From Candidatus Caldarchaeum sp. (lineage in GTDB: Archaea > Thermoproteota > Nitrososphaeria_A > Caldarchaeales > Caldarchaeaceae): a stretch of DNA of 64,000 nucleotides. The notes under the pieces are model-generated. The model had not been told where the DNA came from and searched no databases. It worked only from the letters and a program-made list of their open reading frames with translations. The stretch covers positions 74,709 to 138,708 of the forward strand of contig JAWAFZ010000001.1 in assembly GCA_038890155.1 (NCBI GenBank), written 5' to 3'. A program made the position numbers and the translations under genes. Positions 9,447 through 18,472 of this stretch are shown one piece after another. Numbering within the stretch: the stretch's first letter is position 1; each line of letters begins with the position of its first letter.

Positions 9447-10454
9447 TCAATCGGCCAGCTCAACAGCGTTCACTCCCAGTAGCTTCGACAGAGCCTTGAC
9501 AACCTCATTAACCGCCTCTTCGGGGGTTGTCCTTAGATTTATCCTAGCTGCTCCGGCATGGCCTCCGCCATGGCCCTCGAACCGTCTAAGTAGATGCTTG
9601 ACCAAGTCCTCGCCAAGGCTCACGTTTGTATATTTCTGGAAGTCGTAGGATGAGCGCATCGAAAGCACGCAGACACCGTTCTGGTAGGAGGCGACGACTG
9701 CCACGTGCGCCCCTGAGTTTATCAACACACGTGCTACTGGTGAGAGATAGGCGCTGACGCTCGACGCGGCCAAGTACCATTCTCCAAGCCTGTAAACCAC
9801 CGTTCTCCGCAAAGCCTTGAGCCTGGCTATCCTCTCAGCTTCCTCCATGCTAGGCTCGAGCAGGCCTATGAGCCTGCCCGGGTCGACGACTTTCAGTAGC
9901 TTGGCTGCCTTGCCCGACAACTCTCTGTCTGCCACGCTTAGCCTTACGGTGTCGTAGTAGATACCCAGGAATAGTGCCTCCGCTTCCTTGCCCGAAACAT
10001 TCATGCCCAAGTACTCCATGAGGTCGTAGACAATCTCAGCCGTCGCTAAATAATTTGGAGAAGTGAAGCAGGTGTCCTGCTTTTCCGCCCCGTCTGGAAG
10101 GTGGTGGTCTATCGTGATTATCTTACTCCCCGACGACAACACATCGTCCTTCAGCGAGCCTAGCTGGTTGAGAGAGCCGACGTCGACGAGCAGATAGACG
10201 TCCGGACGGGAGAGATAGCTCTCTCCAAACCCTAGATGGTTCATGATGGCCTCGACGTGCGAAGACTTCTCCTCGGGTATCATGAAACCCGTCTCAAGCG
10301 ATTCGTAGTTATTTGTCAGCAGACGAGAAAGAACGTAGGATGAGCCGACGGAGTCGGCGTCCCCGCCCCAGTGGGAAAGTATTTGAACACGTTTCGACCT
10401 GGTTAGGTCGACTAACGCTCTGTGGAGCTTCTTCATCATCAGCAGGTCTCTCAT
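9447..10454 (-). CDS. DHH/DHHA1 family phosphoesterase (NrnA-like nanoRNase/pAp phosphatase)
   Basis: DHH motif region (ILSHWGGDADSVGS, ITIDHH) and DHHA1 motif GHGGGHAGAAR near the C-terminus; 335 aa. Confidence 0.7.
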   Translation of the reverse strand: MRDLLMMKKLHRALVDLTRSKRVQILSHWGGDADSVGSSYVLSRLLTNNYESLETGFMIPEEKSSHVEAIMNHLGFGESYLSRPDVYLLVDVGSLNQLGSLKDDVLSSGSKIITIDHHLPDGAEKQDTCFTSPNYLATAEIVYDLMEYLGMNVSGKEAEALFLGIYYDTVRLSVADRELSGKAAKLLKVVDPGRLIGLLEPSMEEAERIARLKALRRTVVYRLGEWYLAASSVSAYLSPVARVLINSGAHVAVVASYQNGVCVLSMRSSYDFQKYTNVSLGEDLVKHLLRRFEGHGGGHAGAARINLRTTPEEAVNEVVKALSKLLGVNAVELAD

Positions 10455-10500
10455 CGCTCAGATTCAACAGTAAACAGCAGCTTTAAACCCTATTCAACGA

Positions 10501-10860
10501 CTACTGAACCTGGCCTCCGGAGATGAGCTTCTGAATTTCCTTCTGAAGCGTGTCTATCTGGCTCCTTGCCCGAGCCTCCTGCCTCTCCAGAACCTTGAGA
10601 CGTGTGTCCGCAAGCTCCTTCCGTTCGTTGAGCTCCGCAAGCATCTTCTCCTTGCTCGTCTGAATCAGGACAGGTCCTACGGCCTTGTAAAGCACCGCCC
10701 CGTCAGCCATCTTACCGACCTCTTCGAGAGCCGTGCTAACCTCGGCCAGCTCGGCCTCCAGCCTCTGCTTCTCGTTCAACAGTACAGCTAGGCTTTGCTG
10801 GAGCTGTTGAAGCCTCAAAAGCTGCTGCTGCACGTTAGGGGGAAGCTCTCTACTCGACAT
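10501..10860 (-). CDS. pfdB: Prefoldin beta subunit
   Basis: About 119-aa coiled-coil protein with a central beta-hairpin (VLYKAVGPVLIQ); sits at the canonical end of the archaeal exosome superoperon. Confidence 0.75.
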   Translation of the reverse strand: MSSRELPPNVQQQLLRLQQLQQSLAVLLNEKQRLEAELAEVSTALEEVGKMADGAVLYKAVGPVLIQTSKEKMLAELNERKELADTRLKVLERQEARARSQIDTLQKEIQKLISGGQVQ

Positions 10861-11104
10861 CGCTCACCGCCTCAAGCGTTTCGTAGGATGCTTTGAGAAG
10901 CCTGACAACCGTGTTCGACGCAGCCCTCGCAGCCACTAGATCTTGGGACTTTAGTACGACGCTGATGCAGTCGCCTCCTGAATCTAACTCAACCAAGGAC
11001 CTTCGTGTCCTCATGGAGGATTTTTCGGGCTTGACGCTCCTAGCCATTATGTCCGCAGCGTTTTCGTCCACGTAGACTTTCATCTCCAACTCCACCTCAG
11101 TCAT
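10850..11104 (-). CDS. Pcc1-like KEOPS subunit (Pcc1/Pcc2 family)
   Basis: About 84-aa protein with the Pcc1-like pattern (..ARSVKPE.....R..V.L...GD.ISVVLKSQDLVAARAASNTVVRLL). Canonical position between L37ae and prefoldin-beta. Confidence 0.5.
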   Translation of the reverse strand: MTEVELEMKVYVDENAADIMARSVKPEKSSMRTRRSLVELDSGGDCISVVLKSQDLVAARAASNTVVRLLKASYETLEAVSDVE

Positions 11105-11105
11105 C

Positions 11106-11318
11106 TCACTTCACGACCTTAGGCGTATAGGCCTGCCCGGCGAACTTGAACCCGCATCCCCTACACTGCCAGACCCCAACGGAAACCCTCCTAACCTTCC
11201 TGGCTCCGCACCGCTCGCAGACGTAAGCCGACCTAGCTGACCTCACTACCTCAGCCCATCTCTTCCGCACAGTCGAACCATACCTAGCTCCAAGACCCTT
11301 AGCTACGCTACCCGCCAC
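11106..11318 (-). CDS. rpl37ae: Ribosomal protein L37ae
   Basis: C4 zinc ribbon (CERCG...CRGCG), 70 aa, RYGSTVRKR motif. Confidence 0.9.
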   Translation of the reverse strand: MAGSVAKGLGARYGSTVRKRWAEVVRSARSAYVCERCGARKVRRVSVGVWQCRGCGFKFAGQAYTPKVVK

Positions 11319-12135
11319 GGCTCACCGCCTCCTCAAGCTTCTTCCTGACCTCAGCCGACTTCACCATACCCAGCCTAACCATCTCCCTGAACATACTGAC
11401 GGGTAATAAACCTGGCGAGCTCTTTTGAATCGCAGAAATAACTCCGTCAGAGTCGTACCCTATGGTGACTAAAGTATCCGCGATCTCTTCCTCTGTTGGC
11501 AGAGGGTCGACGATTATCTTGTCTTTGATGAGCGCCATCGAGACGCTTACGGGAATAGTGCGTAGTGGGAGTTTCGTTCTCTCGGCTGTGGGCTCGACAC
11601 GTCCGTCGACAACCTTGTAGACGGGGATGGTGCATGTCATCAGAGCGGCGACTGCGGAGAGAACGGCTGCGTCGAAGTAGTTTCCGTCGTAGTCAAGCAC
11701 GTAGCAGTCTATGTAAATCATGTAGACCTTCTGCCCCTCAATCAACACGAGCTTCTCAACATCTATCGCACGGCTCTCCCTTATGCATCGGTCGACTATT
11801 CGGGACAGCTCGATGGCTCTCTCATCGGGCGGGCCTGCTTCGAACGTCTTCGAGGCTAACGGCAGAAGCTCTGCGTTGACCGTGAAAACTCCCTCGTTCG
11901 GCCTGTCCGGGTAGGGGGTTCCAACTTCCACCTTTATTCCCGTGAGTATCTTCGTCTTGCCGAGCGATACTATGGCGGAGCCGTCCGCCTTGTCGACGAC
12001 GTGATGTGTTATCTTTATCTCCCTAAGCTGGTCGAGCGCTCTCTCGTCAATCCTCTTGCCTGTTTTGAGCAGGTCGTAGACCTTGTTCTTCATTATCTTT
12101 ATGGCGTAGCCACGCTTCTCCACACCTAGGCTCAT
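11308..12135 (-). CDS. rrp42: Exosome complex component Rrp42 (RNase PH-like, inactive)
   Basis: RNase PH fold and 275 aa length; follows rrp41 in the conserved operon order. Confidence 0.85.
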   Translation of the reverse strand: MSLGVEKRGYAIKIMKNKVYDLLKTGKRIDERALDQLREIKITHHVVDKADGSAIVSLGKTKILTGIKVEVGTPYPDRPNEGVFTVNAELLPLASKTFEAGPPDERAIELSRIVDRCIRESRAIDVEKLVLIEGQKVYMIYIDCYVLDYDGNYFDAAVLSAVAALMTCTIPVYKVVDGRVEPTAERTKLPLRTIPVSVSMALIKDKIIVDPLPTEEEIADTLVTIGYDSDGVISAIQKSSPGLLPVSMFREMVRLGMVKSAEVRKKLEEAVSRGG

Positions 12136-12872
12136 GCTTCAAGCCCCTCCGGCTCAACCCTGTACCTCCGCTTCAAAGCCTCCACTTGCATCTCTCTCAA
12201 CTTTTTAATCGCTGAATGGGCCATCTCAAACCCTCTGTCAACCTCGTCGGCCGTCATCCTTCCGTTCAGCTGGAGCAGTACGATGGAGTTGAGCTGAGTC
12301 GCCATGGCTATGGGCATGTCTGCCTCCCCATACTTGTCCTCTATCTCGTTGATGTCTAGGACAAGAGTGCCCTCCACCTTCCCCACAGCCGTGGCTGAGA
12401 TGATGTCAGTCATGGGTATCCCCGCATCCGCGAGAGCGAGCGAAGCCGCCGTAATTCCGGCAGTCCTCGTACCGCCGTCAGCCTGGATCACCTCGACGAA
12501 GATGTCAACCATCATCCTAGGGAACTCTTCCAGCAGGACGACTGTCTCCAAAGCCTCCCTTATGATCTTCGACAGCTCTATCTCCCTCCTAGTCATGCCG
12601 AGAGGCTTCCTCTCGTCAACGCTGAAAGAAGCCATGTGATACCTGCAGTTGAGAACACCTCTGTCAGGCAGTTCGAGATGCTTGGGATGAACCTCCTTGG
12701 GTCCAATCACTCCAGCGTATATCCTGGTCCCCCCGACCTCTACGTAGGCCGAGCCGTCTGTCTTTTCAAGGACACCCACCTCCATCTTCACGGGACGCAA
12801 CTCGTCAGGCCTACGACCGTCGACTCTTAAGCCGTTCTCGTCTATAAGCCTAGGTTTGTTCAACTGAACCAC
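12132..12872 (-). CDS. rrp41: Exosome complex exonuclease Rrp41 (RNase PH)
   Basis: RNase PH domain ([20 protein letters not shown]), 246 aa. Confidence 0.9.
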   Translation of the reverse strand: MVQLNKPRLIDENGLRVDGRRPDELRPVKMEVGVLEKTDGSAYVEVGGTRIYAGVIGPKEVHPKHLELPDRGVLNCRYHMASFSVDERKPLGMTRREIELSKIIREALETVVLLEEFPRMMVDIFVEVIQADGGTRTAGITAASLALADAGIPMTDIISATAVGKVEGTLVLDINEIEDKYGEADMPIAMATQLNSIVLLQLNGRMTADEVDRGFEMAHSAIKKLREMQVEALKRRYRVEPEGLEA

Positions 12873-13515
12873 CCTTCAGCCCACGAAGCAGGTTAATAAC
12901 CTTCTCCGTCAGGCCCGGCATGTGAGCCTCTCGCTCAACAAGGTTTATAGCCGAAACGGCGGCGAACTCGCTCTCCGGGTTGGGGCCGCTCACAACAACC
13001 AACCCGTTCCTCCCTACCCAGAAATCGCATCCAGACTCTTTCCTTAGAATTTGAACCATAGACCCTTTCCTGCCGATGAGCCTAGGAATCTTGGCGGGGT
13101 TGATCTTGACGAGGATGCCCGCGGGGATCTTCTGCAGTCCTTCCAAAGACAGCATAGTGCCCTTTATCCCCGCGGACTTGACTTCCGCATATATGCAGTC
13201 GCCCACGTCGATCTTCAAAGGTGTTGTCTCCCTCTCGGGAGGTTTTATGACCGCTATAAGCTCGCCGCTTATGTCAACCTCGATGATGTTCGGCTTCACG
13301 TCCGAGACTATTCCGACAACTCTGTCTCCTTTCTGGGGCTTGTATCTTCCGCTCAGCGGAATTATCCTCACCACGTCGTTGAAAACCCTCACCAGCCCAG
13401 TCAGGCAGGCGTAGACCTTGCCGTCTCTCGTATAAGTCCCGTAACCGCTTCGCCGCCCGTTGTCGGCGAGAAGCTGACCCGGAACAACCAAGTCATTCTC
13501 GTTGAAGTACTGCAT
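12850..13515 (-). CDS. rrp4: Exosome complex RNA-binding protein Rrp4 (S1+KH)
   Basis: N-terminal domain + S1 + KH architecture ([12 protein letters not shown]-like), 221 aa, operon position. Confidence 0.85.
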   Translation of the reverse strand: MQYFNENDLVVPGQLLADNGRRSGYGTYTRDGKVYACLTGLVRVFNDVVRIIPLSGRYKPQKGDRVVGIVSDVKPNIIEVDISGELIAVIKPPERETTPLKIDVGDCIYAEVKSAGIKGTMLSLEGLQKIPAGILVKINPAKIPRLIGRKGSMVQILRKESGCDFWVGRNGLVVVSGPNPESEFAAVSAINLVEREAHMPGLTEKVINLLRGLKGGSVEQT

Positions 13516-14214
13516 TCAGCTCACCGGCCTTACCTCAACCCTTCCGCCGCAGAGTTTGTTGAGACGGTCTATCAAGTCGGCGTGAAGACCCGTAGGTATC
13601 TCCGCCAAGCATCTCCAGCTCCCGTCGCCGAGCCAGCCCTCCTCTATGATCGAGCCCGAGTTCTTCACCAACCCGTAGACCTTGCCCATGAACTCTCCCG
13701 CAACCCTAACCTCCACTTTCATGTTTCCTATCTTCAAAGGCAGGATCCTCCGGAGCTTCTCGACAGCCTTCATGGCCTCCTGCTTAGCATCGGCGAACGG
13801 GTCAACCGTCAACCCCACCTGCTCGAGGGCGAGCTCAATCCTTTGAGGCGGGTGGGGAGTGTTTGTGCGAGGGTCTATGGCGTTCCTGGAGATAAAATCG
13901 ATGATCTGCCTCTTCTTCTCCTCAATAAGCCTTCGACGCTGGTCGGCGGTGATCAAAACCTCTCCCTCGGAGACTATCCTCTCAGCTATCTGTTTCACGT
14001 CAACGCCTCCGAACGCCTTCCTGAGGTCTGACTCGGATGCCCGAATGCCCTTCCTCCAGTCTTTGAAGACCTCCTCGTAAACAAGCATCTTGGACACAGG
14101 GATCTTCTCACCCATTTTGTAGCGTAGAGCTAGGTCTGGGTCTACGAGGATCTCGAAAGTGGTCTCCCCTCTTCCAAGCCTAGCGATGGTGTATGTTTCC
14201 TTTTGCTTAGGCAT
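13516..14214 (-). CDS. SBDS/Sdo1 ribosome maturation protein
   Basis: SBDS family N-terminal FYSH domain (TIARLGRGETTFEILVDPD), 232 aa; conserved neighbour of psmA and rrp4. Confidence 0.85.
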   Translation of the reverse strand: MPKQKETYTIARLGRGETTFEILVDPDLALRYKMGEKIPVSKMLVYEEVFKDWRKGIRASESDLRKAFGGVDVKQIAERIVSEGEVLITADQRRRLIEEKKRQIIDFISRNAIDPRTNTPHPPQRIELALEQVGLTVDPFADAKQEAMKAVEKLRRILPLKIGNMKVEVRVAGEFMGKVYGLVKNSGSIIEEGWLGDGSWRCLAEIPTGLHADLIDRLNKLCGGRVEVRPVS

Positions 14215-14226
14215 CGTCTAGCCCGT

Positions 14227-14961
14227 CTACTGCTTCTTTGACTTTAGCATCTCCGAGAGCATGGGCTGGAGCTTATCCTGCGGCGTCATCGTGTACTTCT
14301 TGGTCGATGAAGGTATCGTAACTAGACGGACAGTCCAGCCCTCCTCGATTTTGTCAACAGACTCGACGAGGGCTTTCAAAGCCGTTTCAACACCTTCCTG
14401 AAGAGACATGCTCCGCCGATAGTTGTTCTCGAAGATCTCCCGGACCTTCTCAGCACCTCTACCGATGGCCCATGCGTTGTACTCGAGGACAAGGCCGCTG
14501 GGCTCGACGTAGAATAGTTTAGGGCCTGTCTTGTCCACTCCTCCTATCAGTAGGGCTGTGCCGAAAGGCCTGACGCCTGCATGCTGCGTGTAGATCTGCA
14601 TTATATCGCCGACTCTCCTCGCCACCGCCTCAACCAACGGCTCCTCGTCGTACGAAAGCCTTAGAGTCTGTGAGTAGACCCTTGCGTTGTCGACCAAGAC
14701 CCGTGCGTCGGAGTTAAGCCCGGCCGTGGCCGCGCCTATGTGTTCGTCGATCTGGAATATCTTCCACGAAAAATCGGGGCTTTGGAGCTTAGTGTGCATA
14801 CGCTCCTCCACCGCGAGGACCACTCCCTCGTCTAGGATGAGCGACAGCGCCGTAGAACCTGACCTTACAGTCTCTAGAGCGTACTCGACTTGGTAGAGTC
14901 TTCCCTGCGGCGAGAAGACGGTGATGGCTCTGTCGTAAGCTCCCGTCATACCTAAAGCCAT
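14227..14961 (-). CDS. psmA: Proteasome alpha subunit
   Basis: N-terminal YDRAITVFSPQGRLYQVEYA alpha-subunit signature, 244 aa. Confidence 0.9.
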   Translation of the reverse strand: MALGMTGAYDRAITVFSPQGRLYQVEYALETVRSGSTALSLILDEGVVLAVEERMHTKLQSPDFSWKIFQIDEHIGAATAGLNSDARVLVDNARVYSQTLRLSYDEEPLVEAVARRVGDIMQIYTQHAGVRPFGTALLIGGVDKTGPKLFYVEPSGLVLEYNAWAIGRGAEKVREIFENNYRRSMSLQEGVETALKALVESVDKIEEGWTVRLVTIPSSTKKYTMTPQDKLQPMLSEMLKSKKQ

Positions 14962-15074
14962 GCTTCAACGCACCTATGGTTTCAGTCCACGAGGGGATTA
15001 AATAAAGTTAGCGGAGGTTATGGCTCGTCGTACAAACCTATATACGGCTTCGGATGGGTTGAGGGGGAAAGAAG

Positions 15075-15278
15075 TTGCCCTACTGCTTCGAGTGCGGCGG
15101 CAGGCTTGTCTTCGACAGGGACACCAAGACCTACGTCTGCGAGGCTTGCGGCGGTACTTACACGTCTCAGGAGCTTTTGGTCGAGAGGGAGAAGAGGTTC
15201 AACAGCAAGTTTGAGTCGGACAAGCGTAAGAAGAAGCATCAAGAATATCTGGAGTGGTGGCTTAGCTCTAAGAGCTGA
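15075..15278 (+). CDS. Small zinc-ribbon protein (uncharacterised)
   Basis: CxxC-x14-CxxC (CFECGG...CEACGG) with a basic C-terminal tail. TTG start preceded by the SD-like GAGGGGGAAAG. Divergent from psmA. Confidence 0.4.
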   Translation: MPYCFECGGRLVFDRDTKTYVCEACGGTYTSQELLVEREKRFNSKFESDKRKKKHQEYLEWWLSSKS

Positions 15279-16590
15279 GAAGTTTCTGCAGAGATAGTCC
15301 CAGCCTCAAAACCCTCACGTCGTCCAAAAAGTCTCCCACAATCTGGAGCCCTGTGGGAAGCCCGTTGCCGGTGAAGCCGGATGGAATGCTCAGGGCTGGT
15401 GTTCCGTAGAGGTTGAAAAGCTCAGTGTTCCTTAATACAGCGGTCCTGACGTCGAAAGATTCCCCCTCGAGCTCGACTACTTCGTCCTCGATTCTGTGGG
15501 CTGGAATTATGGTCGTGGGGAGGATTAGGAAGTCGCATTCTTTGAAGATTTTCCGAAACATCGAGGCTAGTTTCTTCCTTGCCCGGAGTGCTGTAAGATA
15601 TGCTGATGCGGGTATGGCAAGGCCGGCGGCTATGCGTTGCTTGACGTCCTCGCTGTAAAGGCTCATCTGGGCTTTGGAGATCTTCAGGTGGTAGGCAGCC
15701 GCCTCCGAATGAACTATGATGAACCTGCAACGAGCTGCTGCCTCAGGCTCTTCGACAAAAACCTTCACAACCCTGCATCCCTCCGACTGGGCTCGTGAGA
15801 CGGCTGCCTCGAAGTTTCTCTCGACGTCTTCGTGCAGGTAGTCGAGGAAATAGTTTCGTGGGATTCCCAGCCTTATCTTTTCAAGCCTGAGCGGTTTGAT
15901 GTCGAGAGGTTCTGCGAAACGGTCTGACATCAACGATGTGAGCAGAGCTGCATCCCAGACGTTTTTCGTCAGCACCCCTACGTGGTCGAGGGACCAGCTC
16001 AAAGGGATCAGCCCTTTGGTGCTAAGCAGTCCTCTAGAAGGCTTGAACCCGACCACCCCGCAGAACGACGCCGGTATTCTCACCGAGCCTGCAGTGTCCG
16101 TGCCTAAAGCTGCGTCGCACATCCCTAGGCTGACAGCGACTGCTGAACCTCCGCTGGAGCCTCCCGAAACCCTGGCCGTGTCGTAGGGGTTTAAACAGTC
16201 TCCGTAGTGTGGGTTTCTGTTCGAGACCCCGAACGCAAACTCGTGGAGGTTGGTTTTACCGTTGACTACTCCCCCCTGCGCCATCAGCCTCTCAACCACG
16301 TGTGCCGTCGATTCTGAATCGTTTCGGCTCAGCAGCTTTGAGCCAGCTGTTGTCGGAAATCCCTTGACGTGGAAAACATCCTTGACCGCTATGGTCGCAC
16401 CACGTAGAATCTTCCCCCGGAACCCGCTTGACGCAAAGGGTTTCTCGAAGACAGTGATGTAGGCCTTGTAGCGGTCGTTGAGCTTTCTGATTACATCGTA
16501 CTGCCTCTCCCACCTTCTTCTGTAGTCATCACCCTTCACGACTATAGGTTTGAGGCCGATGCTAGAAGGGGGTTTCGTCATCCTCCACAA
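15268..16590 (-). CDS. Amidase-signature enzyme, GatA-like (possible Glu/Asp-tRNA amidotransferase subunit A)
   Basis: AS signature GGSSGGSAVAVS, KTNLHEFAFG and the catalytic Ser-cisSer-Lys region; 440 aa, which is short for GatA. Confidence 0.75.
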   Translation of the reverse strand: MWRMTKPPSSIGLKPIVVKGDDYRRRWERQYDVIRKLNDRYKAYITVFEKPFASSGFRGKILRGATIAVKDVFHVKGFPTTAGSKLLSRNDSESTAHVVERLMAQGGVVNGKTNLHEFAFGVSNRNPHYGDCLNPYDTARVSGGSSGGSAVAVSLGMCDAALGTDTAGSVRIPASFCGVVGFKPSRGLLSTKGLIPLSWSLDHVGVLTKNVWDAALLTSLMSDRFAEPLDIKPLRLEKIRLGIPRNYFLDYLHEDVERNFEAAVSRAQSEGCRVVKVFVEEPEAAARCRFIIVHSEAAAYHLKISKAQMSLYSEDVKQRIAAGLAIPASAYLTALRARKKLASMFRKIFKECDFLILPTTIIPAHRIEDEVVELEGESFDVRTAVLRNTELFNLYGTPALSIPSGFTGNGLPTGLQIVGDFLDDVRVLRLGLSLQKLLSS

Positions 16591-16705
16591 CCTCCAGCAG
16601 CTTCTTCAGCTCCTCAACAGTCCTCGCTGCAGCCTCCTCCAGCATGGTTGTATATTTATCACTGAGACCGACGAGCTCGGAAAGCCTTCTGAGGTAACTA
16701 GCCAT
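16562..16705 (-). CDS. Small ORF upstream of and overlapping the amidase start (hypothetical; weak GatC-like character)
   Basis: 47-aa ATG-initiated ORF (MASYLRRLSELVGLSDKYTTMLEEAAARTVEELKKLLEVVEDDETPF) overlapping the amidase start by 29 nt. No convincing GatC motifs. Confidence 0.25.
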   Translation of the reverse strand: MASYLRRLSELVGLSDKYTTMLEEAAARTVEELKKLLEVVEDDETPF

Positions 16706-16798
16706 GGAGGATGTGTGGATGCGGCGGAATATTTGTACTATGTGGCGGCAAAGTCTAAATACCGTCTTAATCGAGATGTCGGTGGAGTTCTGACGTAA

Positions 16799-17572
16799 GT
16801 GATGAGCGGGATGCATGTGGCTTTCGTGGTTGGCACTGCGGGCTCGGGGAAGTCCTCGCTCACCGGAGCATTCGCCGAGTGGCTGAGAGACCAGGAGCAG
16901 ATTACGGCAACCGTCAACTTGGACCCTGCTGCGCTTTCTCTTCCATACGACCCCGATGTCGACGTGAGGGAGTACGTCGACTACGAGAGGGTGATGGCCT
17001 CCAGAAACCTGGGACCTAACGGTGCGTTGATAGCGTCTGTTAGGGAGGCTGCGAGAAACATAGAAGACCTTGCGGCGGCTGTAGAGGAGACTAAGGCTGA
17101 CTGGCTGATGGTTGACACTCCTGGCCAGCTTGAGTTGTTCGCTTTCAGGAAGGAGGGGAGGATAATCTCGCGAAAGCTATGCGATGGTAAGAAGATGCTG
17201 CTCTTCTTGATGGACGCAGCGATATGCTTCCATCCTAGGAACTACGCTGCATCACTCTTCCTCTCCGCCTCTACCGTAGTGTCGCTCGCCCTGCCGGCGA
17301 TAAACGTGCTCAGCAAATGCGACGCAATACCTGCTAGGTACTTGGCCCGAATTCTGAGATGGCACGAGTCTCCCGAGGCCTTCGACGCCCATGCATCCGG
17401 CTCCATGAACGAGCTTCAGACAACTCTCTCCCGTGAAATCATCACGAGTGTCTGGGAGATTTCTAACAGCGTTCCTCTGATAGCTGTTTCTTCGAAGACT
17501 CTAGAGGGGTTCAACGACTTGTTCGGAACCCTGACTAGAGTTTACGGCGAGGGGGAGATGGAGCTGAGATGA
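16799..17572 (+). CDS. GPN-loop GTPase
   Basis: P-loop GTAGSGKSS and the diagnostic GPN motif (LGPNGAL); 257 aa. Confidence 0.85.
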   Translation: MMSGMHVAFVVGTAGSGKSSLTGAFAEWLRDQEQITATVNLDPAALSLPYDPDVDVREYVDYERVMASRNLGPNGALIASVREAARNIEDLAAAVEETKADWLMVDTPGQLELFAFRKEGRIISRKLCDGKKMLLFLMDAAICFHPRNYAASLFLSASTVVSLALPAINVLSKCDAIPARYLARILRWHESPEAFDAHASGSMNELQTTLSREIITSVWEISNSVPLIAVSSKTLEGFNDLFGTLTRVYGEGEMELR

Positions 17573-18471
17573 CCGAAGATTATGTGTCGGCCGTTGAGGA
17601 GGAGATCTTCCAGATTAGGTCGAGGCTGGTAGACCTTCGGAGGAAGAAAGCTGAGTACGAGGAGGAGGCCAGCAGGAACCTCGAGAAGAGGGATAAGATA
17701 CACGAGCGGATCAAGGAAATTAAGGAGAAGAACGCCGCATACCTCGAGAGAGTATCCAGCCTCAGGAACGAGATCGCTGAGTTGAGAGCTAAGCTTGACG
17801 AGGTCGTTGCCAAGATAAAAGAGATGAGAGCTGAGAAGGAGAAGCTTTTCTCTCAACAGGTCGCTGATAATGCCAAGGGCTACACGGCTCATGAGGTGAT
17901 GAGAAGGATGAGGGAGCTGGAAGACCGGATTGAGACCGACATCCTCCGGCCTGAGGAGGAGAGAAGGCTTTACGAGGAGCTTAGAAGCTTGTCGAACATT
18001 CTTGCGGAGGTGCAGAAAAGGGAGGGGGTTGCGGAGAAGCTGCGTGAGATAAACAGCCAGATGGGGCCTTTGGCTGAGCAGTCGAAGAGCCTGAAGGAGC
18101 TTATCAGGATGAGGAGGGAGGAGCTTCAGACGGCTAGGGAGGCTATTCAGTCTGTTCGTGAGATGATTCAGGAGCTTAAGCCGGAGGCTGACTCCTACCA
18201 TCAAGCTTATCTCGAAGCCAAGAAAAAGGCTCAGATGGCTGATGCTGAGGAGATTCTGCTCATCTCACGGCTTGTGGAGCTTCAGGAATACGCCAAGAAA
18301 CACAGGGAGCTTGCGCTGAGGACAAGGGAGTATGCGTTGAAGGAGAAGGTAAAGAGTAAGGCTTTGGAGAAGCTGTCTCAGGGCGAAAAGCTCTCCTTCG
18401 AGGAGATGAAAGTATTGATGGAGGACGAAAGTGCTTGGGAGACCTTGACCACGAAGAAGCCCAAGTCCTAA
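17569..18471 (+). CDS. Archaeal coiled-coil protein (COG1340-like, function unknown)
   Basis: 300 aa almost entirely heptad-repeat Glu/Lys/Arg-rich coiled coil; ATGA overlap with the GPN GTPase suggests translational coupling. Confidence 0.6.
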   Translation: MTEDYVSAVEEEIFQIRSRLVDLRRKKAEYEEEASRNLEKRDKIHERIKEIKEKNAAYLERVSSLRNEIAELRAKLDEVVAKIKEMRAEKEKLFSQQVADNAKGYTAHEVMRRMRELEDRIETDILRPEEERRLYEELRSLSNILAEVQKREGVAEKLREINSQMGPLAEQSKSLKELIRMRREELQTAREAIQSVREMIQELKPEADSYHQAYLEAKKKAQMADAEEILLISRLVELQEYAKKHRELALRTREYALKEKVKSKALEKLSQGEKLSFEEMKVLMEDESAWETLTTKKPKS

Positions 18472-18472
18472 A

